DNA of 64,000 nt from Lama glama (lineage: Eukaryota): the NCBI GenBank assembly GCA_028534125.1, contig CM052816.1:22756001-22820000 (forward strand), read 5' to 3'. A program made the position numbers and the translations under genes. Position 1 is the stretch's first letter. The number at the start of each line of letters is the position of its first letter. Of the stretch, positions 13,340-26,314 are shown in pieces. The notes beneath the pieces are model-generated. The model did no database searches. It was not told the DNA's origin and was given only the letters and a program-made list of their open reading frames with translations.

Positions 13340-14070
13340 TATAGATTCATCTATACATTCTTCTACTCATTTACCAATTAAGTAAATATTTACTGAGTCC
13401 TGCAGCAAGTGTTAGGGACACAGAAATTAGAGTAAATCCTTGCCCTTAAGAATCTTAGTAGAATTTTACTAGGGATAAAAAAACACAGAAAAAGAAAATG
13501 CATATTTTCATAGGTGCTATAAGCATTTGCATAAAAATACAGAGGTCACAGAGAAAGACCGTAGTTCATTATATTTGGAACATGGAGGAGGTAGGATCTT
13601 TGGTTTTAAATAACAGGTATCAACCATATACCTGCTTTAATATAAGTAAATTATATTAAAAAAGATAGATGATAAGGATCTAGGATGTCTCCAGTGTCCA
13701 CAAATAAGAATGCAGCTTAGATTCTGGAAGGAATGGGAACCAGAAGCTAAAAAATGGTGTCAGGATTATCTCTAGGTCTCGTGCCAGTTTCTGTCTACAT
13801 ACGAAAATATTCAGGAAAAAAAGTGAAGTGACATGAAGATTTAAACCCCTAGAATAGTAGGGCTGGAATGAAAAGACTCCAGGTTCAATTCCAAGGTTCT
13901 GATTTGTAGAATCATATGGAGTGTGTTCCTATACATCAACACTGAGATTAGGCTGTGGACAAGGTTAAGTATAATATGTTCATTTTGGTATTTATTGAGC
14001 TTAAAGTCATTGTGGAGTTTCTAGGTAGAGATAACCGATAAACATGTGGATATGAGGAAATGAAACAGCC
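13340..14070 (-). mobile_element. L2 fragments
   Basis: aaatatttactgagtcctgc...gttagggacacag...ccttgcccttaagaatcttag; atgttcattttggtatttattgagcttaaagtc. Confidence 0.55.
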
Positions 14071-15009
14071 GAAGGGATATTTATAAATGGATTTATTGAG
14101 CTCAGTTTTTCATAGATAATGGCAAGGTATACTTTGGAAATCAAAATGAGAGGCACTGTGTACAAGTGCAGAGTTACAAATGATCACCATGTGCCTCTAT
14201 GAATGGGTGTAGGTAAAGAAATTTGAGTGATAGTATGTAGAGAGGCCAATGTGAAGTGACTTAATCAAAGAAATATTCTACATTTTTTAGGTATATAAAG
14301 TTCATGTATGTGAATTTTATCTTCTTAGATGAACAATAAAGCAGCAATCATGTTTTCATTATATGACATTCAAATTGGTATAAGTGCTCAATAAATATTT
14401 GATGAATACACGAATGAAATGATAACACTTCAAGAGCAAGGCTAACAATATGTTACGGAAAATACTGCATTTGAAACAAGATTGCTTTGTCTCAGTGGTT
14501 TTGTCTATGTTTATCATTTCAATGGATGACAAAGTTGATAAAGAGGCACTGAACTAATAATATTGCTTATTGTGGTAGAAAAATGGAGTTCATAAATTCT
14601 TGAGCAAAAGCTTTTTGTGTGATCAGACAACAGATTACTAACAGTGATGTCTGCTTTTTTATAGCTAAATATTTTGAACTGTACAAATATTTTTAACATT
14701 TGAAATTTATACAAGGAAAATGACCATGTTATTTCAAGTCTGAACCTCTCTAGCCTTTAAGTAACTTGATGTTTGCTCTTTTAAGTTTGCTTAAGAACAC
14801 AATTATATTGAACAGAAGAGGCTGAAGATGCTAGTTTTAGCATCTCATATTTTCAAGCCTAATCATCAAGACACATGTCTCTCATAAGAGAATTTTTAGC
14901 ACCCAGTGAAAAGTAGGGTGACTGCCCAGAAAATCAACAAAGGTGACATTTTTGGCCTTTACCTGACAACCTGGTTTACGGAAGGAAAGATGCAAGATCA
15001 TAAAATCTC

Positions 15010-17560
15010 TCAAAACTAATCTATAGATTTAATGAGATCACATTAAAAAATTTAGTGGGTCTTTTCGTGGAAACTGACATGCAATTTCTAAAATTTATAT
15101 GGAAATACAAAGAGCTAAGGCTAACTAAAATACTTACTATTTGTTTTTTTTTAAATACAGCTGACATAACATGTTAGTTTCAGGTGTACTATATAGTGAT
15201 TTGACATTTGTATACATTACAAAGTGATTAGCATGATATGTCTAATAACCATCCATCCTCATACAAAGTAATTACTGTATTACTGACCATATTATTTACT
15301 GTATATTACATTTCTCTGGCTTATTTATTCTAAAACTGGAGGTTTTTACCTCTTAATCTCCTTTCCATATTTTGCACCTGCCCCTTTCTGGCACCACCAT
15401 TTGTTCTCTGTATCTATGAGACTGTTTCTGTTTTGTTTCCTTTTGTTTGTTTGTTCTGTTGTTTAGATTCCACACATAAGTGAAATCACACGGTATTTGT
15501 GTTTCTCTATCTGACTTATTTCACTTAGCATAATACCCTCTAGGTCCATCCATGTTGTCACAAATGGCAACATTTTGTTTTTTTATAGCTAAGTAATATT
15601 CCAGTGTTCGTGTGTGTGTCTGTCTCACATCTTCTTTATCCATTCTTCTAACAATGGGCACTTAGGTTGCTTCTATGTCTTGGCTACTGCAAATAATGAT
15701 CTTAATGGCTATGGGAGTGCATATATCTTTTCAAATTGGTGCTTTTGCTTTCTTCAGGTAAATACTGAGAAGTGAAATTGCTGGATCACATGAAAGTTTT
15801 ATTTTTAACTTTTTCAGGAACCTCCATACTGTTTTCCATAGTGGCTGCACCAATTTACAATCACACCAACAGTGTACAATTTCTCCACATCATTGCCACC
15901 CTTATTATTTGTGGTTTTTTTGATGACAGCCATTCTGACAGGTGTGAGGTGGTATCTCACTATGGTTTTGATTTGTAATCCCTGATGATTAGTGATACTG
16001 AGCATCTTTTTATGTGTCTGTTGGCCACCTGTATGTCTTCTTTGGGAAAATGTCTACTAAAGCCTTCTGCCCATTTTTCAAACAAGTTGTTTGCTTTTTT
16101 GATGTTGAAATGTATGAGTTCTTTATATATTTTGAATATGAACCCTATATCAGATATATCATTTGCAAATATTTTCTCTCATTTAGTAGCTAAGCAAAGA
16201 CATTCTTGAAGGAGAACAAAATTAAAGATATATGCTACTGAATAGTTGATCCTAAAATAAAGCCACATTATTTTAAAAATTTTTGGTATTTCTGTAACAG
16301 TCAAATTGACCAGTGGGACAGAACAGATTCTGGTGATTAACTAATATATTTATGGACATTCAACTGATGATAAAGGTGGCAATGCAGAGCAATGAAGCAA
16401 CTAAATTTTTAAAAGCCTAGGTCAAGGGGATACTTAAATAGAAAAATTAAACATTACCCATTCCTCATACTTTATAAATGTAAGTCAATTGTAGGGGGAA
16501 ATTGTACATCTCTATATGAAAGATAAAATAGTAATGCATCTAGAAAATAACATGTAAGTACTTCTTAATTTTTAGATAACTAAGTATGTCTTAAATAGTC
16601 ACACAAAGCACAAAATGGACAACAATAATGAATGATAAATTGAACTACATTAAAATTAAGAGAAATCTGTTCATCAAAAGCCACCCTTAAGGGGCTTAAG
16701 AAAGTGAAAAGTCAAGTAGCATAATGGAAGATGTTTGCAAACCATAAAACCCACAGAGTTTTATCCAAATATATAAGAACTCCTACCGTGAATATGAAAA
16801 AAAGATGGACAAACCCCCAATAGGAGAATAGGAAATATGTGAACAGGCCTTTTACAAAACAACACGATCAAATGGCCAATAAACATATGAAACAGCACTC
16901 AGCCTAGTTAGTTATCAAGAATGATAATTAAATTTCAAATGAAATACCCCTTAATATGTACCATAATGGCTAGAATTTTTAAATATTGAAAAAATACTAG
17001 TAAACATGCCAAGCAACTGAGACTCTTCTATACTGCTGTTGCAAGTGTAAATTACTACAATTAATTAAATCATCAATTCTGTTTGACAAAAGCTAAAGTT
17101 GAGCATTATAACATAACCTATAATCTAACAATTTCACACATAAGTAAACAGTCAAAAGAAATAGGTACATGAGTGGGTAAAAACACATCTACCACAATAT
17201 TCAAAGAAGCATTATTCATATAGGAATGTGTACATTGTGCTATATTCATAAAATGGAATACAATCCAGGGATGAAAATGCATAGACTACTGCTACTTGGA
17301 GCAGTCTGGATAAAACTCACACATATAATATGAGCAAAAGAAGTAAGATAAAAATATATACCATACGATTGTATTGATATAAAGTTTAGAATTAATCCTT
17401 TGTGTCAGATGTCAGAATACAAGAATATGCTTGAGGAATGGAGAAGGGTTATTAGTAACCAGAATGGGATGTGAGGTTTGTGGAGTGCAGATAATGTTCT
17501 ATTTTAAAATCTAGTTTATAAATGCATGAATGTGTTCATTTCTTCATGATTCTGATAATT
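15010..17560 (+). mobile_element. Old L1 (L1MC/ME-like) ORF2 3' part and 3' UTR, interrupted at 15141-16187
   Basis: ctaatctatagatttaatg...ttctaaaatttatatggaaa resumes as aagacattcttgaaggagaacaaaatt...gaactacattaaaattaag...aaatggccaataaacatatgaaa. Confidence 0.8.
15141..16187 (-). mobile_element. L1MA-like LINE 3' end
   Basis: ORF 15814-16005 (-) encodes [20 protein letters not shown] (L1 ORF2 C-terminal region); T-tract at 15141-15152; typical 3' UTR motifs. Confidence 0.92.
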
Positions 17561-20399
17561 TATGAAGATTTCTGACATTTGAGGAAATCAACTGAATGTT
17601 TGTGAAACAATGTAGCTAGCAGAACACAAATTATGGTTATTAGCTATTTTGTCTTTTGGATCAAAGAACCTTTTGTATACTCACTGGGCATTAGAGGCCC
17701 CATACCACTGATTATGTCACAAAGGAATATATTTATTATTTATAAGTAACATATGCTCACTACATACACATTTACATTTCCTGCCTAGTGGAATTGAGAA
17801 TGATTTGTTACCATCATCACCATCATCAATCTGATGTACTTGAATTGTTAAAGACTTAGATCAATTAATTTCAGAAAGGTTTCCTAAGGTTACTGAATCA
17901 AAGAGTAAGTTGAATACATGGACTTTTGATTAGCTTCTATTTTTTAGGAAGTTTCTAAAGAATAATTCTTAAATATCTTTTCAGTAAGTATTGTCACCAG
18001 TATGCAGTTTTAAAAAATGTTTTAGATTCTATCATTGACCATTATGTATATAGAGAACTTATTTTTAGTGAAAGAGAAAAAGAGGAGCAAGAATGAGAAT
18101 AAAGAAAAAAACACTTGAAGGTAAAAATTCTAAATCATACTTAAAAACATAAAATGAATATACATCAAAATGATGTATCTTGGTAAAGTTACGAGCATTT
18201 TAATTTATTTCATTTGCTTATAGTATATTTTCTACTTTTCTTAATAGGCATGTACCCTTATTTAGTCATATAATAATCAAATACTCCAATCTTTGATTAT
18301 GGAGCTTAATATGCACATGTGGTTGTTTACTGACATTTGATTTAAAACTGAGAAAATTCTCACTACTCAAGAAGAAAACTTAAATTTCAGTGTACCTACT
18401 GGCCAAGTGATCCTAGTACATTTGTGCTTTTTGCCTCACAGGAACTATGTTCTTTCTGGTAAGACTTAGCTGAATAAAGTGAAGGAAGGAAAATAAGTTA
18501 AAAGAGAGTTCATACAAGCTGACCTTTCATACTTGCACACAGGGTCTTGTAGAAAGGTTGCCTGCACACTGTGCCTCCCAAACTGATGGAAGAGTTTTTA
18601 GTTATCCTCTCTCTACCAGTGAGGAACATGACATGCAGTTAGTTTGGATACACGTTACTTTGACGTGCTGTTTTGCTACTCTAAAATGGGGGAACTTAAA
18701 GAGATAATGGCATATAAAACAAATAATAAATTGCTTTTCTTCAGGGATCTATTTGCCTGTTATAATGCTCAATTTTCTGGAAAGGTGGGAAACCTCTGGG
18801 CAAAAGTAATTAATTAATTATGCTAATTAAAATTTTTCGTTCATAGTGGGAAACATTAAATTTTCTAACTTTCTATTAATAATCTTTCAAGAATAACCTA
18901 CTTTGTTATTTCACTGAAAGTTGTATTTATAATTAAAACTCCCTACAAATAAGCAAGAAACATAACCTGAGAAAATAATATATATCATGGCAAAAACGTA
19001 TCATAGCCATCAAAATTTTATACCAGATCTCCAAAGCCCTAAGAAGATAAATGTACCTAGTGCTTACTACAGGGGAGAAATGATCATCTCAGGATCTATA
19101 GAACTTCATAGTTCTACTGCTAAAATATAAGAGTTCAATTTTGAATGAATTCTCTATAATATTAATAAATTGGGAAAAATCACCATGCCTTTAGGTGTGA
19201 TAAGCACAGGTCCACATGACACATTCACCTCTAGAAATATACTGTTTACTTAACAAATATACTGTAAGAAATATGAAATATAAAGGAATTGCCATCTTAA
19301 GAAATGAAAGCTTTTAATTTATAATCATTTTAATTGCTTGAATTCACACAATGACGTAATTTGCTGAACCATAAGTTTAGAACTTTCATCAGATGCCCAA
19401 GTGTATTCTTTTAACTATTACATGCTGTGTCCTTTTTTGTTTTGAACGTTTTCATATGGCACAGAATTTATAAAGTGTGGAAATCACCATTGTACTTAAT
19501 CAATTTGGCTACAGCCTAATTAATAAGAACTCAAAATGAGTTTGGGGGAATCTCAAACATCAAGTTTCAGTATACAGTCTGTTAAACTGGAAACTTACCA
19601 AATCTCTACTTCATTCTGTTGTGTGTTGGAAAGAACCCTCAACTTTGACTTGGAAGATCCATATTAGCCCTGATTCAGTCACTTGACTCTGGAGGGTTGG
19701 AATGCATAGAAGCAGAGGTACAGATGTTCCTTTGTGAACCTCCCATACTGCATTAAGAAAAGAATCACTAAATATCTAAGAATATAATTAGTGATCCTGA
19801 GGTACACCTATCTATCCTTTACTTTTTAATAAAGATGAAACATTTTACTAGACAAAGTGGAAAAGACTTACAAAAAGAAAGAATCAAAGTGTACAGAAGA
19901 GAACCAAAGCCAGTGTCAAGAGGCTGATGAAAGAAATAATAGAAAAGAGGAGGAAAATAACATTATTTGAAGTCCCATCCCTCTCTATACTATGTAGGAC
20001 AATGTTGTACTGTAAAAAGGAAAAAAAGTGGAGAAGACTTCAGTAATTATCAGGCAGAAATTAACAATGATGGCCAGAAACAATATTCCTATATGTTCAT
20101 GTCAGATCTGTGCCATATGTATATATGTGTATATATATATATATATGTGCATATAAATACACACACAATATTTATAGCAAAGATATATATCTATGTCTCA
20201 CTTCACAGAATGTAGATGATGGAGTAAGTTTGGTTTTAAAATAAAAAAATTTATATGTTCTCATGAGGGTACCTGAGACTTTTGCAGCACTATTTTTGGC
20301 TTGAATATAAGAACCAGAAATACATAGATATTAGAGGTTAAAAATAATTACATTTATCTCTACAAAAATTCAAGACTCATCGGGTATAGCAGAGGTGGG

Positions 20400-23010
20400 G
20401 GCTCATAGTCTACAGGCAAGTTAATACTGAGGAAAAAAGAAGCAGTATTTTTTGGAAAGTAAATATGCTACAGATATTCTAGACACATAGAGAATATGAA
20501 TAATTACAGCAGTAAGACAAATCTGTGACATCTAACGTGACATCCAATACCAAAACATAATGACCCTTTAGTCTAAAAACAAATGCAAATCCAGACATCC
20601 ACTGGTAATCTTCTTCCAAGATTATCTCAGAAGCTAGAAGAAGGAACACGGGTTTTTCTTAATCTGGACTTGTTTCTGAAGTTAAAGAAATGGCTAATAA
20701 TAATAGAAAGTTTGGAAGAAAACTAAGATAAAAATTTGATGATTCTAATAAAGGAACTGAGTAATTACATTCAGATATGTATAAAAATGCCAGGCTTTAG
20801 GAAATCAGATTGATTCTTTAATGTGAGAAAAGCTATGTTTTCTCTCATAACAAGAAACTCTAAAGTATATTGTGACTGAAGATGGAAAAGTCTTCAAATA
20901 AAGTCCTATAGAACATAGATGAGGACAAAAAGCAGCCAATTAACTTAAAAATTGCCCATTTAAGAAAACTGCTGATAAACTAAGATTTAAAGAAATATAA
21001 AATAGAGGTCACATGATCTAAGAGCATCTCCAACGTGAGAGGCTGAAATTAGCCAGACCAATGGCCACAATGTATTGAATCTTAAAAACATAAAAAACCT
21101 AAAACCAGTTTTATAAAAGTATGAGTCAAGTACATAAAATAGAAGGGATGAACTCAGTTTTTCATAAAGTTGGTGATGACAGATGAGAAAAAAGAAATAA
21201 TATGATACAAGGTGTGTCTGCTTCTATCTTCTCCATCTAGTAGTAGTATCTTCAAATTGGAAGAAGTGGAACAGATTTTATGAAGATTATAGTGATTAAA
21301 ACATGAGATGCCAAATAAGACACTGAGGTAGTGTCTAAATGAATTCAAAGAATATGTATTCAGAGGAACTATGTTAGAGAGAAAATATATTCATCAGATG
21401 TGAAAGAATATAAAGTATTTTTCAGTAAGTTATGGGAATCCAGGGAGTATAGGAGATCTGCCAGATAGCTAAACACTAGCACATGTTGTTCCAGATTTTC
21501 AGACATGGGAAGGGGGATTTCATATGCTATTGTTAAATAAATTTAAATTATACTTTGGCAAAACCCTAGAAAAAAAATTTTGTACAGATGGCTTGTGAAC
21601 ATTTAAATAAAGATACATTTTCTAGGAATAAGAATGAACTGACTTAGAATGTCACAGAAAATTAAAATAGTTTGCTTTTTGAGGGTAGTTTCCAGATTGA
21701 CAGGCTGGATGAACACCATACATATAATAAATCTTAAGTTTTATCTGGCATGTAATAAAGCCTTTCAGTACATCTTTATTGAAAGCATGGAAAATGTTTT
21801 CACATAGTAACAGAGTTTGAGGAGACCTAATAGGCTGAATAAATGTACTGCTATAATATTTATCCTTAGGTTGGTATTTTGAGGGTGGTGCTAAAAGGGT
21901 ATTTGAAAAACTTGCTCAATAACCTGGAAAAAGAATAGAAGGCAAATTTTCCAAATTTCCTGTTGGCACATGTTGGGAAAAACTGTCAAATCAAGATGGA
22001 AACATCTTAATAGGCTCAAATTATAGACAGAAACTAGTAAGATAAAATTCAGTAAGAATAAATATAAAACCCTGACTTCAGGCTATATATTCAATTGCAT
22101 AGTTTCAATCTGCATGAAGTCCTTAATTAAAAGCAACTGATACAGAAAGCCCTTGAAGATTCTGAGGGACCTCAAGCTCAGCGTGAACCAGCCTGCATTT
22201 GGTACATAAAAGCTAATTGAAGGTTTACGGTATCAGCATCATGGTAGCTAGAGTAATGGAAGAAAAGAGACTAGTGCTTTCTTTGGTACTTTGAGCTACA
22301 TTTTAAGATGTAATTGGAAAATTCAAATGGTGAAAGAAATGGTCACAGTGTTGAAGAGCTGTGAAACCATACCATAAAGGTAAGGCCTGAAGGAAACCGT
22401 AACGAAGAAAAGGCTTCAAAGTAACGTGTATCTTCTAAGGGCTGCAATGAGAATAAGGAAAGGAGGGAAGGAGAGTAGGAGATAGGAAGGAATGAGTGGA
22501 AAGATATTTTTAAAAAGAAGAAAGTTGAAGAAGTGAAACTAACAATTTAAATGCCTATCTTTCAAAAAACCCCAAAAAAGCAGCAGCAGCAGCAGCCTAT
22601 TTTTCCCAATGAGCTTTGCTAAATGCTTTTAAAGTAGTTGATTCATTCATTTGTAGAGGAAGTGGTATGTTTCTTTCTGACACAAGATGGAGGAGGTACA
22701 TTATTTATGTGGCAAAAGAAAATACACTGCATAGAAGCTAAAGGGAGAGTTGTTTTTGATACAATATGAAGTGGAACTTTATAAAGTTTACAGCTATCCA
22801 GCAACAACAGGGTGGGCAGCCTTAAGAGCAGAGTTATTACCATTTTCTGAAGTGTATAGCAAATTTGAGGCTTAATGAGTAATTCTCAAGGATGTTCTGA
22901 GAGTAATCTCTACATTTGGAAGTTTCATAATGAAATAATCGCCATTTGGAAGTTTCATAATGAAATAATCACCAATGTCACCTCCAATACCAAAACACGA
23001 TGACCCTTTA
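20400..23010 (+). mobile_element. CR1/L3 LINE, long degenerate copy from the endonuclease region to the 3' terminus
   Basis: EN-like tgctacaga (CYR) at about 20466 and ccagacatc (PDI) at 20591; RT-region remnants at about 21670-21770; gataaaattcagtaagaataaatataaaaccctgacttcagg; tgaaaccataccataaggtaaggcctgaaggaa; L3-like 3' end at about 22970-23010. Confidence 0.75.
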
Positions 23011-23224
23011 TGTTAATGACCAGGGAAGAGTCTAAAAACAAATGCAAGATAGTTTCCAGTAGCCAATTTCTGACTGTGTTTGTTACTGAGAAGAGAAGCC
23101 ACAAATAAAATCCAAGGATAAACCAAAAGCTTTAAGTTATTAAGTTTACATTTTTCCTTTCTTTTTAAGTCTTAAAGTTAAAAAAAATGTTTTGGGGGTT
23201 TAAATGCTCTTTTTTGTAATAATG

Positions 23225-23460
23225 ACATTATATATTTACACAGAACTTATTTTGTGCCAGGCATTGTTCTGAACACATTAATCATATTAACCCTTTTAAC
23301 CCTGAGAATAACCCTATGGACTAGACATGATTCTGTTAGTTTTACAAGTGAAGAAAGAGAGGCACACAGAGACTGAATAACATCCCAGGTCTCACAGCTA
23401 ATCGACAGAAAATCCAAGACTCTAGAGTTCTGAGCTGGTAACTGCTACTCTTTGCTGCTT
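23225..23460 (-). mobile_element. MIR SINE
   Basis: tgtgccaggcattgttctg...ataaccctatg...ttttacaagtgaagaaagagaggcacacagagactgaataac. Confidence 0.8.
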
Positions 23461-24210
23461 TTTAATTTCCCCTCATATTTGGATAGACTTCATTAAAAGC
23501 AGTGAAACACCCCAAACACTGATAAGACAAAAAGAATCTGCAAAAGCAAAGACAAGGTCTATATATGTGAGTAGTCAAACCACATGAAATTATATTTACA
23601 GAAAATACTACTTCTACAGAGCCACATATTTAGTATTTCAGATTAATCCTACAGATATGCTCTCTATCTCAAAGACTCAAACATTTATTTCCACAGTTAT
23701 CTTTCCACAAGTTAGGGTACCATTATGGATGCTTGTCTAACAGTATGACTGCATAGTCTCTGGACAGACCTAGCCACTGTATGTAACTAAAAACGCAAAA
23801 TAAAACACATTTTATAATCATAATACTGTATCCAAGAACTGACCAGAAAGTAAGCAATAGTCAGATGCTGCTGATAAAGGTAAGTGTAACATGAAAGCTG
23901 ATTTTTTCTCTTTAGGACATTTACCAAAAATGGATTAATCTGAGCTTAAGTTTTGAAGCATTTCAGAATCCAGAGGTCGGGAGACCAAGCCCAGGGCCCA
24001 TTCAAATTGAGGTGTGTAACAAAAGATCATTACCATAAAATGAGGCCCCTAGGGCTATACCTACAGTTTAGCAGTAAATTTTACACTTAAAGAAAATTGC
24101 CTGTTTCAAACTCTGGCACTGAGCGTAGGAGGAAAACTTTGTTTTCAGAATTCATAACCATAAGCTGCTCCTTACATCTATCACTAACAAAATTCACACT
24201 ACAAAGATTA

Positions 24211-24693
24211 TGTTAAAGTTACAGTGACACTTATTAAAATGGTAAGGCAGGTTTTATTTAGGACTACCATGATAGGTATAAGGAGTACTGAAATGCGGTT
24301 CTGCAATAGGGGAGAGAGACTCTGAGCAACGTCATATACGATGAAAAATGGGAATTTATAGCTAAGGAGCCAGAGTGTGTGTATGCGTGTGTGTGTAAGG
24401 GGGTGGGAAACAGATGGGAAATTACCAAAACGAAACATCAGGAGTAAGGGAGGATTCTGGCTAAATCGATCTGACAGGACTCTAGCTGAAGACTGGCCAG
24501 TATCATCAGACTAATACTGGGAGACGGTGTGCGATGAGGGATTTGGTCAGATATTGAAGGTGATCAGATTCTGGCTAGACTAACTCAGAAGGATTCTTGC
24601 TAAAACTGGGCTCTTGAGGATATGCCTGGAACTAGTTGCAGAGTAGCTCAGAGAAGCCTAATTATAGTTTGGTCAAGGAGAGAATGTTTGTCA
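24211..24693 (-). mobile_element. ERV1 solo LTR, MER31-like
   Basis: Reverse complement begins tgacaaacattctctccttgaccaaact, contains cccagttttagcaagaatcc, tataaa and aataaa, and ends tttaaca. Confidence 0.8.
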
Positions 24694-24699
24694 GTAGCT

Positions 24700-25105
24700 A
24701 TAAACTGGAAGTAGTTCCAGAAGGAGAAGAGAGAGACAATGGATCAGAGGCAATAGATAATATGGTTAAGGATTTTTCTGAATCTACAGAATTAATAAGC
24801 CCAGTTTTATAAGGTGAAAAATAGACCTATGCATGTCATAATAAAACTGTAGAATTCCTAAAATAAAGATAAGATGTAAAATATAGCCACAGTAACAGAC
24901 AAATTATTTTTAAAGTATCAGCTGGAAGCTAAATATCAGTGGAATGGCATCCCTCAATGTGCTAAGAAAAGTATATGCCAATTTCAAAGTCTATAGCCAA
25001 CAAAATTATTCAGTGTTCAATATGGGGAAAAATTTTTCAAGCACACAAAAATTGTGTTTCACTAGGGAATTCTCATTAAAAGATAATTTAAACATATACT
25101 TCTGC
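24700..25105 (+). mobile_element. Old L1/HAL1-like ORF1 fragment
   Basis: gttccagaaggagaagagagagacaatgga...tggaagctaaatatcagtggaatggcatc...gtctatagccaacaaaattattc resembles decayed ORF1 3' half. Confidence 0.55.
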
Positions 25106-25106
25106 C

Positions 25107-26305
25107 AGACCTAAACAAGCAATTCTCCAAGGAAGACATACAAACACTCAATAGACACATGAAAAAATGCTCAATATCACTAGTTATCAGAGAAATGCAA
25201 ATCAAAACTACAATGAGGTATCACCTCACACCAGTCAGAATGGCCGTCGTTCAAAAATTCACAAATGACACATGCTGGAGAGGCTGTGGAGAAAAGGGAA
25301 CCCTCCTTCACTGCTGGTGGGAATGCAGTTTGGTGCAGCCACTGTGGAAAACAGTATGGAGATTCCTCAAAAGACTAGGAATAGACTTACTATATGACCC
25401 AGGAATCCTGCTCCTGGGCACATATTCAGAANNNNNNNNNNNNNNNNNNNNNNNNNNNNNNNNNNNNNNNNNNNNNNNNNNNNNNNNNNNNNNNNNNNNN
25501 NNNNNNNNNNNNNNNNNNNNNNNNNNNNNNNNNNNNNNNNNNNNNNNNNNNNNNNNNNNNNNNNNNNNNNNNNNNNNNNNNNNNNNNNNNNNNNNNNNNN
25601 NNNNNNNNNNNNNNNNNNNNNNNNNNNNNNNNNNNNNNNNNNNNNNNNNNNNNNNNNNNNNNNNNNNNNNNNNNNNNNNNNNNNNNNNNNNNNNNNNNNN
25701 NNNNNNNNNNNNNNNNNNNNNNNNNNNNNNNNNNNNNNNNNNNNNNNNNNNNNNNNNNNNNNNNNNNNNNNNNNNNNNNNNNNNNNNNNNNNNNNNNNNN
25801 NNNNNNNNNNNNNNNNNNNNNNNNNNNNNNNNNNNNNNNNNNNNNNNNNNNNNNNNNNNNNNNNNNNNNNNNNNNNNNNNNNNNNNNNNNNNNNNNNNNN
25901 NNNNNNNNNNNNNNNNNNNNNNNNNNNNNNNAAAAGAAAAATACCATATGAGATTGCTCATATGTGGAATCTAAAAAACAAATAAACAAACAAACAAAAA
26001 CAAAGCATAAATACAGGACAGAAATAGACTCATGGACAGAGAATACAGACTTGTGGTTGCCAAGGGGGTGGGGGGGTGGGAAGAGAGAGACTGGGATTTC
26101 AAAATTGTAGAATAGATAAACAAGATTATACTGTATAGCACAGGGAAATACATACAAGATCTTATGGTAGCTCACAGAGAAAGGAATGTGACAATGAATA
26201 TATATATATGTTCATGTATAATTGAAAAATTGTGCTCTACACTGGAATTTGACACAACATTGTAAAACGATTATAAATCAATAAAAAATGTTAAGAAAAA
26301 AAAAG
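25107..26305 (+). mobile_element. Young L1 3' end (ORF2 C-terminal cysteine-rich domain and 3' UTR), spanning the assembly gap
   Basis: Open frame [29 protein letters not shown]...[34 protein letters not shown]-rich 3' UTR tract, AATAAA and A tail at about 26280-26305. Confidence 0.95.
25432..25931. other. Assembly gap of exactly 500 N
   Basis: Direct count of the N run; the round size suggests a placeholder scaffold join. Confidence 0.99.
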
Positions 26306-26314
26306 AAAGTGGGG

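Noticed and set aside
22913..22970. Short direct repeats as a CRISPR-like array
   Set aside because: Only two adjacent units, no spacers, mammalian context
25308..26175. Long ORFs of 185-271 aa in the track
   Set aside because: Their length comes from the 500-N gap; the real part is L1 ORF2 C-terminus or its antisense
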